A DNA stretch of 64,000 nucleotides from the NCBI GenBank assembly GCA_022778805.1, contig JALFSN010000006.1:153008-217007 (forward strand), in the 5' to 3' direction. This document shows positions 19,119 to 29,000 of the stretch, in pieces; position 1 is the first letter of the stretch, and the number at the start of each line of letters is the position of its first letter. A program made the translations under genes and the position numbers. Source of the stretch: Arcanobacterium sp. Its GTDB lineage: Bacteria > Actinomycetota > Actinomycetes > Actinomycetales > Actinomycetaceae. The notes below the pieces were generated by a model. It worked only from the letters and a program-made list of their open reading frames with translations, was not told where the DNA came from and made no database searches.

Positions 19119-20306
19119 CTATCCTTCGTGGTTGATTGTGGATGAATGACGTCTGCTGCATTTCGCATCGCCACAGCTGCAGCGATGGGATGCACACTTT
19201 CTATTATCCGCGCTCTTTCGCCGTGCGCGGCGTATATGGCGAGCGTTGTATGCGTTGTGCGCATGCTGAGAATGTTTATGCTGAGAAATGACGCCGCCGC
19301 GCATCATCGTATACGGCACCTCAGCGCCAGCTGCCACCTGTACATCGGTCAGCGTTGTACACGGCCCGAGATGCGCATACGCCCCCACGTGAGTCGTGCC
19401 GCGCAAAATCGTGTTTGGTTCGATGACGGCGTTCGGTTCAAGAGTGACGTCCACATCAATATACGCCGTAGCCGGATCGATCATCCGCACTCCTGAGCGC
19501 ATCCACACATCGTTGATCTGCCGCCGCTTCTCTGCACTGAGATAAGCGAGCTGCGAAAGGTCATTCACTCCCTCAGCCTCAATGGAGCGCTCCACGGTGT
19601 ACGAGCCAACGCCAGCACCAGTGCGCGCAGCGAGCGCTACGAGGTCTGTGAGATACATTTCTCCCTGAGCATTGTCGGTGCTCAGTCCAGCGAGCGAGCG
19701 ACGCAGGAAGGCTGCGTCGAACACGTACACCGAAGTGTTGATCTCATGAATTTTGCGCTGCTCATCGGTGGCATCTTTCTCTTCCACCACTGCCGTAATG
19801 GCTCCGCCGCCCTGACGTCCCTCAGCCTCCTGGCGAGTATCCGCTGCAGCAGCTGAGCCTTGCTCACGCACGATACGACCGTAGCCGTGTGGGTCTGGTA
19901 CGAACGTCGTGAGCACCGTGACGGCGTGATTGCCAAGCGTCTGTGCCAGCGCAGCGAACGTGTCTGCGGTGAGCAGCGGCACGTCGCCCGCCGTCACCAG
20001 CACCGGCCCTTCAAGATCTGCTGGCAAAGTTTGCATGGCACACCAGGCGGCGCGGCCAGTTCCTTTAATATCGTCTTGATCGGCAATCACCGCATGCGGA
20101 GCTATCTGAGCGATGTGCTGAATAATTTTCTCCCGCTCATGCCGGACGACGAATGCCGTATAGCGAGGCTGTAGAGCACTGACGGCGGCATAGACGTGCC
20201 CCACCAGCGTGCGGCCGCACATATCGAGCAACATTTTTGGGGTGTCCGCTTTGACTCGGGTGCCTTTACCTGCAGCGAGAATAATAGCGGCAGATAGTTG
20301 AGACAT
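19119..20306 (-). CDS. glmU: GlmU-like UDP-GlcNAc pyrophosphorylase lacking most of the C-terminal acetyltransferase domain
   Basis: 395 aa from ATG 20306 (LAAGKGTRVK nucleotidyltransferase motif). LbH repeats begin at IDPATAYIDVDVTLEPNAVIEPNTILRG, but GlmU-like sequence stops near PYTMMRGGVIS and is replaced by a His/Arg/Cys-rich tail. Confidence 0.7.
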   Translation of the reverse strand: MSQLSAAIILAAGKGTRVKADTPKMLLDMCGRTLVGHVYAAVSALQPRYTAFVVRHEREKIIQHIAQIAPHAVIADQDDIKGTGRAAWCAMQTLPADLEGPVLVTAGDVPLLTADTFAALAQTLGNHAVTVLTTFVPDPHGYGRIVREQGSAAAADTRQEAEGRQGGGAITAVVEEKDATDEQRKIHEINTSVYVFDAAFLRRSLAGLSTDNAQGEMYLTDLVALAARTGAGVGSYTVERSIEAEGVNDLSQLAYLSAEKRRQINDVWMRSGVRMIDPATAYIDVDVTLEPNAVIEPNTILRGTTHVGAYAHLGPCTTLTDVQVAAGAEVPYTMMRGGVISQHKHSQHAHNAYNARHIRRARRKSADNRKCASHRCSCGDAKCSRRHSSTINHEG

Positions 20307-20382
20307 AGAGACGAACCCCTCTTCTCCATAGAGACTCACTGCATCACTGCCGATTGCATGGGTGACGCCGCGCACTGCAGTG

Positions 20383-20456
20383 TGGTTCCGCCACCAGGAT
20401 TCGAACCTAGACTAAAGGCTTCAAAGGCCTCTGTGCTGCCATTACACCATGGCGGA
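20383..20456 (-). tRNA. tRNA-Gln (anticodon UUG), CCA encoded
   Basis: Reverse complement is TCCGCCA TG GTGTAATGGCAGCAC A GAGGC CTTTGAA GCCTT TAGTC TAGGT TCGAATC CTGG(T) TGGCGGA A CCA. The U1:A72 pair is typical of bacterial tRNA-Gln. Confidence 0.9.
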
Positions 20457-20560
20457 ATACCTAGCCCATTGTGCCAGCATGAGGAGCCTTATTTCCAATC
20501 GGCGCTCATCGGCTCAGCGTGTTCCTTGCCACGCCAGCTCCCGCTCTGGGATATAGGCGG

Positions 20561-21271
20561 CTAGCTGTGAGCAATGCGCTCCTCCAGCAGCTGTGCCAAC
20601 CGCGAGTCCATCATCAGCGCCGTGAGGTACAGCGTAAAAGCTGGAATGAAGACGATGTAAAAAAACACAAGCCCCGCACCGACCCTCGGATAGCATACTG
20701 TCAGCACCACCGGCGCCGCCCACAGAGCCACTGCCGCGAGCGAGATCGGCGCATACTTCAGCGCTGCGAGCACGGACACTCGCAGACAGGCACGGAAACT
20801 ACAGCGGGATTCCGCACCAGCAGATTCCGCACCAGCAGATTCTCGCAGCGAGACCTGCCCTACAATCGGGAAAAACCAAATAGCGATGACGCCGAGCACG
20901 AGTAGCGCACTGATAATGCCCACTCGCCAGATGTCCGATATGACGTTCGCTCCCCCTGCTACGACGCCCAGCGTTTCGGCGTTGCTCAAGAGCCACAGCT
21001 CATAGTCACTCAGCCCCACCAAGGCCAACCACAGCATCCAGCCAGCTGTGGCTCGGCCAAAGCTCGCACGAAAAACTCGCCAGAATGTATGCCACGGACG
21101 CGACCCCTCTTCCCGCACAAGCTGGAGCACGACGGCACATCCGGCGGCCAAACCCGCCCCCAGCGGCACCACAGTGAGAGCCGTGATCGTTATGCACATG
21201 CTGACGATAGCCACATCCGCTACTAATGCCAACGCTCGGCCGAAAGGAGAATCGATGGAAAGGATTCGCAC
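20561..21271 (-). CDS. DUF624 (YesL-like) membrane protein
   Basis: 236 aa, multi-TM, with the N-terminal pattern FGRALALVADVAIVSMCITITALTVVPLGAGLAA typical of DUF624 proteins that accompany sugar ABC transporters. GTG start. Confidence 0.65.
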   Translation of the reverse strand: MRILSIDSPFGRALALVADVAIVSMCITITALTVVPLGAGLAAGCAVVLQLVREEGSRPWHTFWRVFRASFGRATAGWMLWLALVGLSDYELWLLSNAETLGVVAGGANVISDIWRVGIISALLVLGVIAIWFFPIVGQVSLRESAGAESAGAESRCSFRACLRVSVLAALKYAPISLAAVALWAAPVVLTVCYPRVGAGLVFFYIVFIPAFTLYLTALMMDSRLAQLLEERIAHS

Positions 21272-21348
21272 GGGGTACCTCGCTGTTTCTTTGCTGGGAT
21301 CGTCTATTACACCAGGGCTGAGCGATCAGCGCTCTGGCCGCCTCGCAC

Positions 21349-22410
21349 TCAGTTTGCCACCGCCGGACGTGCGCCGGCCGTGCTCTCCCCCACTCTCAGC
21401 GTCGGCGCCACCACCTCATGTCGAGGCACGCCCGTCCCGTCGATCAAATCGAAGAGAATATCGCAGGTTCGCGCCACAATCTCCTCCACGGGCTGCACTA
21501 CAGTCGTGATGGATGGGGATGTGTAACGCGAGAGTTCAATCCCATCAAAGCCCGTCACGCTCACGTCTGCCGGCACTGAAATCCCGCTTTCAATCAGCGC
21601 CCGCTGCGCACCGATAGCGATGACGTCACTCACATTGACCAGCGCCGTAAAGCGCTTCCCCCGCTCCACGAGGCGCTTGGCCAACTCATAGCCATAGCCG
21701 AGAGAATAGGGGCTGAGAGCCACCTCCCCATTGAGCACGAGATTTGAATCAATATGTACTCCGCGCCGCTCGCACGCCTCGAAGAGCGCCGTCAGACGCT
21801 GCGCCCCCACCGAGCGATCGGCAAGATCTGGCCCGAGCACCGCAAACTCGCTGTGCCCCAGCCCAATGAGATGAGAGGCGATGAGCTCCATGCCAGCTTC
21901 CTCATCAATGCGCACCGATGAGTACAGGTCTTTATCGGTGTCGTCCAGAGACGAAATCGTTGCCATGACGAACGGCACCGGAATATCGGCCAGTGAACGC
22001 CGATCATGGCGATACCATCCACCGAGGAAAATCACTCCCTCCGGTTTACTCACCGCGCAGGTGCGCAAGGCCAGCTGCACCTCGTCCTCTCCATGCGGCA
22101 CTCGCACAATCGTCATCATGAAGCCACGGCGGCGAATCGCCAGTTCGAGCGGGCGCAAAAATTCCAGGAAGAAAGGATTATCTGGCCCTTTCATGAGCAC
22201 CGCAACCGTGCTCGACGTCACCGTGCGCAATCCTTTTGCATAGGGATTAGGCGAGTAATTGAGCGCTGCAGCCGCCGCCAGAATCCGTTCGCGCGTAGCC
22301 TTTGAGACGCCCCCAGAATTGTTGAGCGCCCGCGAAACGGTCGCTTGCCCCACTCCGCAGGCTTTCGCAATATCACGAATAGTGACGGCGGACGCTTTCG
22401 ACTCAGCCAT
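21349..22410 (-). CDS. LacI family transcriptional regulator
   Basis: 353 aa with an N-terminal HTH (VTIRDIAKACGVGQATVSRALNN) and a periplasmic-binding-protein-like sugar-binding core. Confidence 0.9.
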   Translation of the reverse strand: MAESKASAVTIRDIAKACGVGQATVSRALNNSGGVSKATRERILAAAAALNYSPNPYAKGLRTVTSSTVAVLMKGPDNPFFLEFLRPLELAIRRRGFMMTIVRVPHGEDEVQLALRTCAVSKPEGVIFLGGWYRHDRRSLADIPVPFVMATISSLDDTDKDLYSSVRIDEEAGMELIASHLIGLGHSEFAVLGPDLADRSVGAQRLTALFEACERRGVHIDSNLVLNGEVALSPYSLGYGYELAKRLVERGKRFTALVNVSDVIAIGAQRALIESGISVPADVSVTGFDGIELSRYTSPSITTVVQPVEEIVARTCDILFDLIDGTGVPRHEVVAPTLRVGESTAGARPAVAN

Positions 22411-22413
22411 AGC

Positions 22414-23259
22414 TCAGCCTTTCACTGCTCCCGCTGCCACACCCTCAATGATGTACTTTTGCATCGCCACATAGAAGATGACGATCGGCACGATAGCGAG
22501 CACCAGCATGGCCATCATGGCACCCATATCACGGTTTCCATTCGATCCCACCAGCATCTGAATCACCACGGGAATCGTCTTATAGTCCGTCGAGAGACCA
22601 ATCGTGAGATATGGGAGCAGATAATCATTCCACACCCACATGGCATTCAGAATTGCCACCGTGATAGCCGTGGGCTTGAGCATGGGAAAGACCACTAAGA
22701 AGTAATTCTTGAGCGGCCCTGCGCCGTCAATCATAGCCGCTTCCTCAATCTCAATCGGGATCGATTTCACGAAGCCCGCAAACATAAACACGCTCAAACC
22801 CGCGCCGAAGCCGAGGTACAGCACCACAATGCCCAGCGGATTATTCAGGTGCAACACATCTGAGATTTTTACGGTAGGAAACATCACCATCTGGAAAGGA
22901 ATCACCATCGAAAAAACAAACAGATAGTAGAGGGCACTCGTCCACCAGGTTTTAATACGAGTGATGTAGTACGCCGTCATCGCACAGAAAAAGACGATGG
23001 CGAGCACGGAGAGAATCGTGATCGTAAAGCTCCAAACGATGGCCATGAAAAACCCAGAGAGAGCCAAGCCCGTCACGTAGTTTTCTATGCCTGCCCACAT
23101 GTCTGCGAGCGGGAGAGCAAAGGGCTGGGCAGCGATGGAAAACTTGGTTTTGAAAGAGTTCATCAGGATGAAGAGAATGGGTCCGACGAATACGCAGGTG
23201 AGGAAGACCAACACTACGTACAGCAGACCTTTGCCAATCAGGGATGTGGGCTTGCTCAT
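22414..23259 (-). CDS. Carbohydrate ABC transporter permease (MalG-like)
   Basis: 281 aa, 6 TM, with an EAA-type loop (IEIEEAAMIDGAGPLKNYFLVVFP). Confidence 0.9.
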   Translation of the reverse strand: MSKPTSLIGKGLLYVVLVFLTCVFVGPILFILMNSFKTKFSIAAQPFALPLADMWAGIENYVTGLALSGFFMAIVWSFTITILSVLAIVFFCAMTAYYITRIKTWWTSALYYLFVFSMVIPFQMVMFPTVKISDVLHLNNPLGIVVLYLGFGAGLSVFMFAGFVKSIPIEIEEAAMIDGAGPLKNYFLVVFPMLKPTAITVAILNAMWVWNDYLLPYLTIGLSTDYKTIPVVIQMLVGSNGNRDMGAMMAMLVLAIVPIVIFYVAMQKYIIEGVAAGAVKG

Positions 23260-24110
23260 GCCTCCACCTCCTTACTCCGCGTGGCTCGCAATTGCGCCAT
23301 CGCAATCACCACCACGACCACGACGAAAATCACTGCTTTGGCCTGCCCGACACCCTCTTCACCGACGCGTGCAAACATCGTATTCACGATGTTGAGTGCC
23401 ACCATCTCCGTCTTGCTCTGCGGAGCACCGTTCGTGAGCGCAAGGTTTTGATCGAAGAGTTTGAACGTGTTGGAGAGCGTGAGGAACAGGCAGATCGTGA
23501 TGGACGGCATCACCATAGGAATCGTCACGTTTCGCAACACTGCCCAGCGGCCAGCTCCGTCGATTTCTGCCGCCTCAATCAGCTCTGGGGGCACATTTTG
23601 CAAACCGGCGATATAGATAATCATCATGTAGCCCACCAGCTGCCAGTTGATGAGCAGAATGAGGCCAATATAGCCATACGTCCAATCGGCGACAATCGTC
23701 GTCTGATACTGCGCCAACACCGCATTAATCATCACTTGCCAGGTGTAGCCCAGCACGATGCCACCGATGAGATTGGGCATGAAGAAAACAGTACGGAAAA
23801 AGTTCGTGCCGCGAAGTTTCTGCGTGAGCACCCATGCAATCGCAAAGGCAAACATATTCACTGTGACGATTGAGACGATCACCACGAGAGCCGTGAATCC
23901 AAAACTACTCACGAAGCCAGATCGCTGCGAAAAGGCCGCCTTGTAGTTGGACAAGCCCACCCAGGTTGCATCCGTAATTGAAGTGAAATCGCAGAAAGAG
24001 AGGAATAGACCGATCACGAATGGCACGAGGAACGCTATACAGAAAGCGAGCAGCGTGGGAATCACGAAAATCGGGAAAAATTTTTTCAATGATCTTTGCA
24101 TAATAACCAT
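23256..24110 (-). CDS. Carbohydrate ABC transporter permease (MalF-like)
   Basis: 284 aa, 6 TM, with an EAA loop (ELIEAAEIDGAGRWAVLRNVTIP). ATGA overlap with the downstream permease. Confidence 0.9.
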   Translation of the reverse strand: MVIMQRSLKKFFPIFVIPTLLAFCIAFLVPFVIGLFLSFCDFTSITDATWVGLSNYKAAFSQRSGFVSSFGFTALVVIVSIVTVNMFAFAIAWVLTQKLRGTNFFRTVFFMPNLIGGIVLGYTWQVMINAVLAQYQTTIVADWTYGYIGLILLINWQLVGYMMIIYIAGLQNVPPELIEAAEIDGAGRWAVLRNVTIPMVMPSITICLFLTLSNTFKLFDQNLALTNGAPQSKTEMVALNIVNTMFARVGEEGVGQAKAVIFVVVVVVIAMAQLRATRSKEVEA

Positions 24111-24263
24111 CCATTACTGCCTGTGCGCCTATGCACGGGCAGGTGGTTGAGTGACGCCGATGACGGGCACCAGCGCGCTACCGGCGTCACTCGTAGCAGT
24201 GGATTCTCACCCGCTTCACCGCCTGAGCCCAACTCAGCATCAGTTGCTGAATTTGGCTCTCAT

Positions 24264-24342
24264 CCTTGATTTGGCGCTCAGCTGGCGAACTCGGCGCTCA
24301 GTTAACGCCAGAGCTCAGCCTTGATTCAGCGCTCAGCTGGCG
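24264..24342. repeat. Imperfect direct repeat in the SBP-permease intergenic spacer
   Basis: CCTTGATTTGGCGCTCAGCTGGCG (24264-24287) and CCTTGATTCAGCGCTCAGCTGGCG (24319-24342). A third GGCGCTCAG lies between them, and local stems such as CTGGCG/CGCCAG are possible. Confidence 0.6.
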
Positions 24343-24394
24343 CCGGCAACACATGAAGCGTGAGAATACACCACTATTGGTTGAGGTTGGTCGA

Positions 24395-25723
24395 TCAGGC
24401 GCCTTTTTCAGCTGCCCATCCGTCTTTCCAGATCTTGACGACGTCATCCCAGGTCTGCTTTCCGGAAGCGTACTGAGCGAGGGCTTGGCCGAGATCTTCC
24501 TTGAACTTCTGCGAGGGGAAAGTGGTAAATACCCACGTCACCGTGTATTTATCAGTGTCAGCCATGTAGCGAGCTACCTCTTTGGCCAGTGGGTCGGCCG
24601 GAATATCGGCGTCCGTGTAGTTGGTGAACGGAGCGATAAATCCGAGATCATTCACCACATGCTTCTTGCCAGCATCAGAGAGGTAGAGCCAGTTAATGAA
24701 GTCAATCGTGGCCTTTTGATCAGCCTGAGACGCCTTGGCGTTCACGGCCATGAACGCCTCCGTGCCGATGTTGAGCCCTTGCTTTTCTTCACCGTTCACA
24801 CCGGTGTAGATCGGAAGATACTTGATTTGATCTTCTTTGACGGTATTACCGCTCACATCTTTGATCTGGCTCCATGCCCAGTTGCCGTTTTGCACCATAG
24901 CGGCCTTGCCGAGCGCGAATTCGGCCATGGAATCGGTGACTGTCTTCGACGGAGCGAGAGTCGGAGCCACCGTGGAATCATTCAAATACAGATCGAAAAT
25001 GTTCTTGAAGTTGTTGGCATACTTCAGCGTGAGCTCTTGCTCGTCCGTGACGCTGGCGTCACGATATTCATAAAACACCGGCAAATCTGCCAAGTGAGTC
25101 TGCCAACGCCAATCTTCGCCCGTGGCGAGCGAGGTGGATGCAAAGACGCCGTCGATGCCCAGCTCAGCTTTCTTGGCCTGCATATCGTCGGCCACTTCTT
25201 TGAGCTTGACAAAGTTGCTGATCTCATCCATCGACTTTGCCTTGGCTCCCGCCATGGCAAAGTACTTATCGAAAATGGCTTGGTTGTAGATAATGCCATA
25301 GCCCTCGACGGCCGCAGGCACGCCGTAAACCTTGCCGTCTTCACCTTTTAGCGCCAGATTCGGATCCTTGAGCGCTTTGGCAAAATCCGTATCGGAAAGA
25401 TCAGCGGCATACTTCTGCCAGCTCTTGAGGCCCACAGGGCCGTTAATCTGGAAAAGAGTAGGCGCTTCACTCTTGGAGATCTCGCTCTTGAGGGTCTGCT
25501 CATAGGTGCCGGACGCCGCCGTCACCACTTTCACCGTGACCCCTTTTTCTTTTTCATACTCTGCAGCGATCTCTTTGTACTGCTTCTCCTGCTCCGGCTT
25601 CCAGTTGAGGAAATACACGGAGCCTTTGCCGTCAGCCCCATCTGAGCTATTGGAGCAAGCCGCGAGACCAGCGAGTGCAAAAGTCGCAGCTACTGCTCCG
25701 GCCAAAAATTTCTTCATCTTCAT
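24395..25723 (-). CDS. Sugar ABC transporter substrate-binding lipoprotein (family 1 SBP)
   Basis: 442 aa with a lipoprotein signal ending in the lipobox LAAC. Family-1 extracellular solute-binding protein, first gene of the transporter block. Confidence 0.9.
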   Translation of the reverse strand: MKMKKFLAGAVAATFALAGLAACSNSSDGADGKGSVYFLNWKPEQEKQYKEIAAEYEKEKGVTVKVVTAASGTYEQTLKSEISKSEAPTLFQINGPVGLKSWQKYAADLSDTDFAKALKDPNLALKGEDGKVYGVPAAVEGYGIIYNQAIFDKYFAMAGAKAKSMDEISNFVKLKEVADDMQAKKAELGIDGVFASTSLATGEDWRWQTHLADLPVFYEYRDASVTDEQELTLKYANNFKNIFDLYLNDSTVAPTLAPSKTVTDSMAEFALGKAAMVQNGNWAWSQIKDVSGNTVKEDQIKYLPIYTGVNGEEKQGLNIGTEAFMAVNAKASQADQKATIDFINWLYLSDAGKKHVVNDLGFIAPFTNYTDADIPADPLAKEVARYMADTDKYTVTWVFTTFPSQKFKEDLGQALAQYASGKQTWDDVVKIWKDGWAAEKGA

Positions 25724-25864
25724 ATGTGCGTCCTCCTTTGGACAGCTTCCACTAGCACCGACGCCACTGCCAGTGCTCGCCGGAAACGCTCACCAGGCTT
25801 GTGCACAGCTGCGCCGCTGACCTATGCCACTGATACGCCACTGACGCCGAGCACACCTGCTCGC

Positions 25865-25950
25865 GGAATCGTTTCCGAAACACTCTGCAATGGTAGCGCT
25901 CGCCGCGGCTGATAGCTAGTACTTGACCGAAATCGTTTCCAAATCGTTGC
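25865..25950. promoter_or_regulatory. Three LacI-type operator-like half-palindromes (AATCGTT core) upstream of the SBP gene
   Basis: GGAATCGTTTCC (25865-25876), GAAATCGTTTCC (25929-25940) and CCAAATCGTTGC (25939-25950). All are centred on CG, like LacI/GalR operators. Confidence 0.35.
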
Positions 25951-26064
25951 ACACATAGGGCTGGGGCCCGCAACGTTTCCGCTGCGAGCCCCAGGTGCCC
26001 CATCTGCTATAGCCGATGAGCTACTGTAGCTTACTCGCTACGCCCCTTACCGGCCTACGCCTTG

Positions 26065-29000
26065 CTACGCTTTTGCCTTGTGCTTGCGACGCACGGCAAA
26101 AGCGCCAGCGCCAATCAAAGCAATTGACAGCAGGGTAGCCACCGCTACGGTAGAGCCAGTTTCTGGCAAGTCCTTGCCGGTGAGCGGCGATGCATCCAAC
26201 GACGGCTCTTGAGCCTTTGGCAGCGTTGGCACACCAGCACCAGGCTTTTCAGAACCACCCGTGCCAGGCGTGACGGTTCCGGCACCAGGCTCACCCGTTC
26301 CGGCACCAGGGATAGGCGTAGCCGGAACCAGCGGAGTCCACGGAATACTCTTATCGCAGTCAGCTGGACGCTCTCCTGCATTGAACGTCCAGACGGATTG
26401 CACGCCCTCAGCGAGCTTGTAGCCCGCAGCGGCTTTCGCCGTCACCGTCATAGATCCACCCCATTCATACGTGAAAACACCAGCACTCACAGCTTCGTCG
26501 CCAATGTAGTACACCACACCCTCCGTTGCCGGAATAGTGACGAACGGCTTCACAGCGCATTGAGCAGGATCGCTAGCTTGAGGCGCGGCGACCTTATCCA
26601 CGGTTTGAACTGCAGCAGAGAGCACCGTGCCGCCGATGCGAATCTCAGCCGCACCGCCCCACGCTTTGCCAGCGCCAAGCGGGCTGGTTTCTACGAGTTT
26701 CACATACGCGGCATTCACGGCACCAAATGGGATGAACTGCGGCGTGAGATCTGCCGAGAAATTGCCCTCAGCTACCGGATCGCCCCAGCTCACGCCGTCT
26801 TGCGAGACATAGATCTTGTAGCCCTTAGCGCGCCCATTCTCCGCACCTTGACGCTGCGTGTACTCCAGCCCATTGAGCGTGCACTCGGTGCCGACACACG
26901 GCTTGACCTTGATGACGATTTCATGCGGATAAGGCTTATCTCCTGTAGACCACGCAGTGTGCCAGTAGGTAGCGGCGTTGTCGTCAATGGCAGCAGCAGC
27001 GTGTCCATTCGGCTCTGGTTCACCAGTAGCTTCCTCAGAATCGACGCTCACCACTTCGAGATCATCATGGCCTTTGAAGAGATCACGCTGCGGGAAACTA
27101 GCCGGATTGACCGTGAGCGTATCCGTGCCCTCACCTGGTTCACCAGCGGCATTCGTCCACGTCGCCTTAAACGTGACGTCGGCAGCGGAGGCTCCTGCAG
27201 GCATGGTCAGTTTCCAGGTGGCAACGGAATCAACGTTGCCATCCTTTGAGCCGCTCACGAGATCTCCAGCCTTGGTCACAGGCTCAAGCGTCCAGCCTTC
27301 CGGCACAGCGATCGAATGCTTCACGTCGGTTGCGGTGCCCTCGGGCAGGGTGACCGTCGTGGTGAGCATTATCGTAGCAGTGTCCGAATCGCCAACGACC
27401 TGAGGCGAACCCTCAATCGAGACGACTGGCTGGACTCCGAGATCGACCACGCGGAAGTTGTCGATCACCAAATCTCCCTGCGACTGTCCACCACTCTTGA
27501 CGACGCCGATAAACGCCGGAGCGTCAGCCGTCACGGCGAAGAACTTCTCAAAGGCTGCCGTGCCGGTGCCTTTCTCGTTCCCATTCACCCAGCCAGTGCC
27601 ACGAGCAGCTGCCAGCGGCCACGCCTTATCGGTCTTTTCGCTCCAGCCGTTGCCATTGGCTTCATCGTGGCCAACGATGATGGAATAATCCCCGTCGTAA
27701 GCCGCCTGATAGTCGAAGCTCAGCTTGTAGGTATGACCGTATGCGAGCGGCACACTGCCCTCCGTGGTGCGCAAAATAGTGCCACGGTTTTCTTGATGCG
27801 CCAGCAGTGACCACTTCCCATCGAGCACATTATCCAGATACTTCTGCCCCTCGATGCCGTTTCTAGAATCGTTCACAATGCCGTACCAACCAGACTGCGA
27901 GAACGGTGCATGCAGCTTGGCCAGCTGGGTACGGGCATCGCCACCTGCATCCGCTCTACCCGTGACGAATGGATAGTAGCCGGTATCGACGCTCTCGAAA
28001 TCCTCGAACGTAATCGTGTCGGCTACGTCGCCCTCATGCGCAGGAGTTGCACGTTCAACGATTCGCAGATCGTCAACGCCCACCACGGCTTCACCGGCAG
28101 CGGCAGCCACTTTGAAGGTGACTGCGGTGCCCGTAGTAGTGAAATGCACTGGCACACGCTGATAGTACGTGCGGAGCTTTTCATCCGAAGCCGTCGCATT
28201 GAGCGCAGAAGATGAATGAATCGTCGTCACGGCTTCGCCAGCCTTGCCCGCTTGCGCAGGCGCTGGGGTGACGCCGTCACCACTCACAGACACTTTCACC
28301 TCGCGGGTCTTTCCAGGCTGAATTTCCACCCATGCCCACGCCGAATAGCTGCCAGGCTTGACGGCGATCGTCTGCTCCAGCGAAGCGGCACCAGCGCCGA
28401 GCTGAGCGAATGCATTGTTGCGATCTGATTGCTCAATCGTCACGGTGCCTGCGGTCTTGTATGACTTGAGACTCTCGGAGAAGAACCCTGGATCGGTAAT
28501 TCCTGAAGCCTGCCCCCACTGCGGATTTTGAGCTGTGGGCAGCGCATTACTCGGATACAGCACGTAAGCCGTCCGAGCGTCAGTTGCTGGAAGCGAGACG
28601 GAGCCGTCATTCACCGCAATATCCGCCACTTTCTCACGGCCAGTATCGGTGAGTTTGTACATCGTCAAGCTGCCTGCTTGCTTAAAGTGATCCGTCAGCT
28701 CCCAGCTCTGCTCGCCGTTGCCTGGATTCCAGTAGTAGAGACGATCCGTGCCGCCGTCTTTCCACGGGAGGAGATAGGAACCGCCATCCTTGAAAACGGT
28801 CGCTCCATCATACGTAATAGTACGATTGACCGGAGCGACGTTGCCCGCAATCGATGTCTGCGACGACGTCACAGACGTGCCATTCTCAAACGTGATCTCA
28901 CCATTTTCCCAGGTGCGAATATTCGACTGCTGGAGGAACTTCACAGGGAGATTGCGTTCCCAGACGTTCCGAATGAAATCGTTGTAGTTCACATGGCCAG

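Noticed and set aside
19146-19496. 116-aa plus-strand ORF opposite the aberrant glmU 3' end
   Set aside because: I considered it as a possible gene that displaced the glmU 3' end. It has no RBS, an implausible Cys/Arg/His-rich translation and no motif. It is more likely a shadow ORF.
24266-25351. 361-aa plus-strand ORF overlapping the SBP gene
   Set aside because: It lies entirely antisense to a well-supported lipoprotein SBP gene. The translation is low-complexity and Arg/Gly/Leu-rich, as expected for mirror frames in high-GC DNA. It has no RBS and no recognisable motif.
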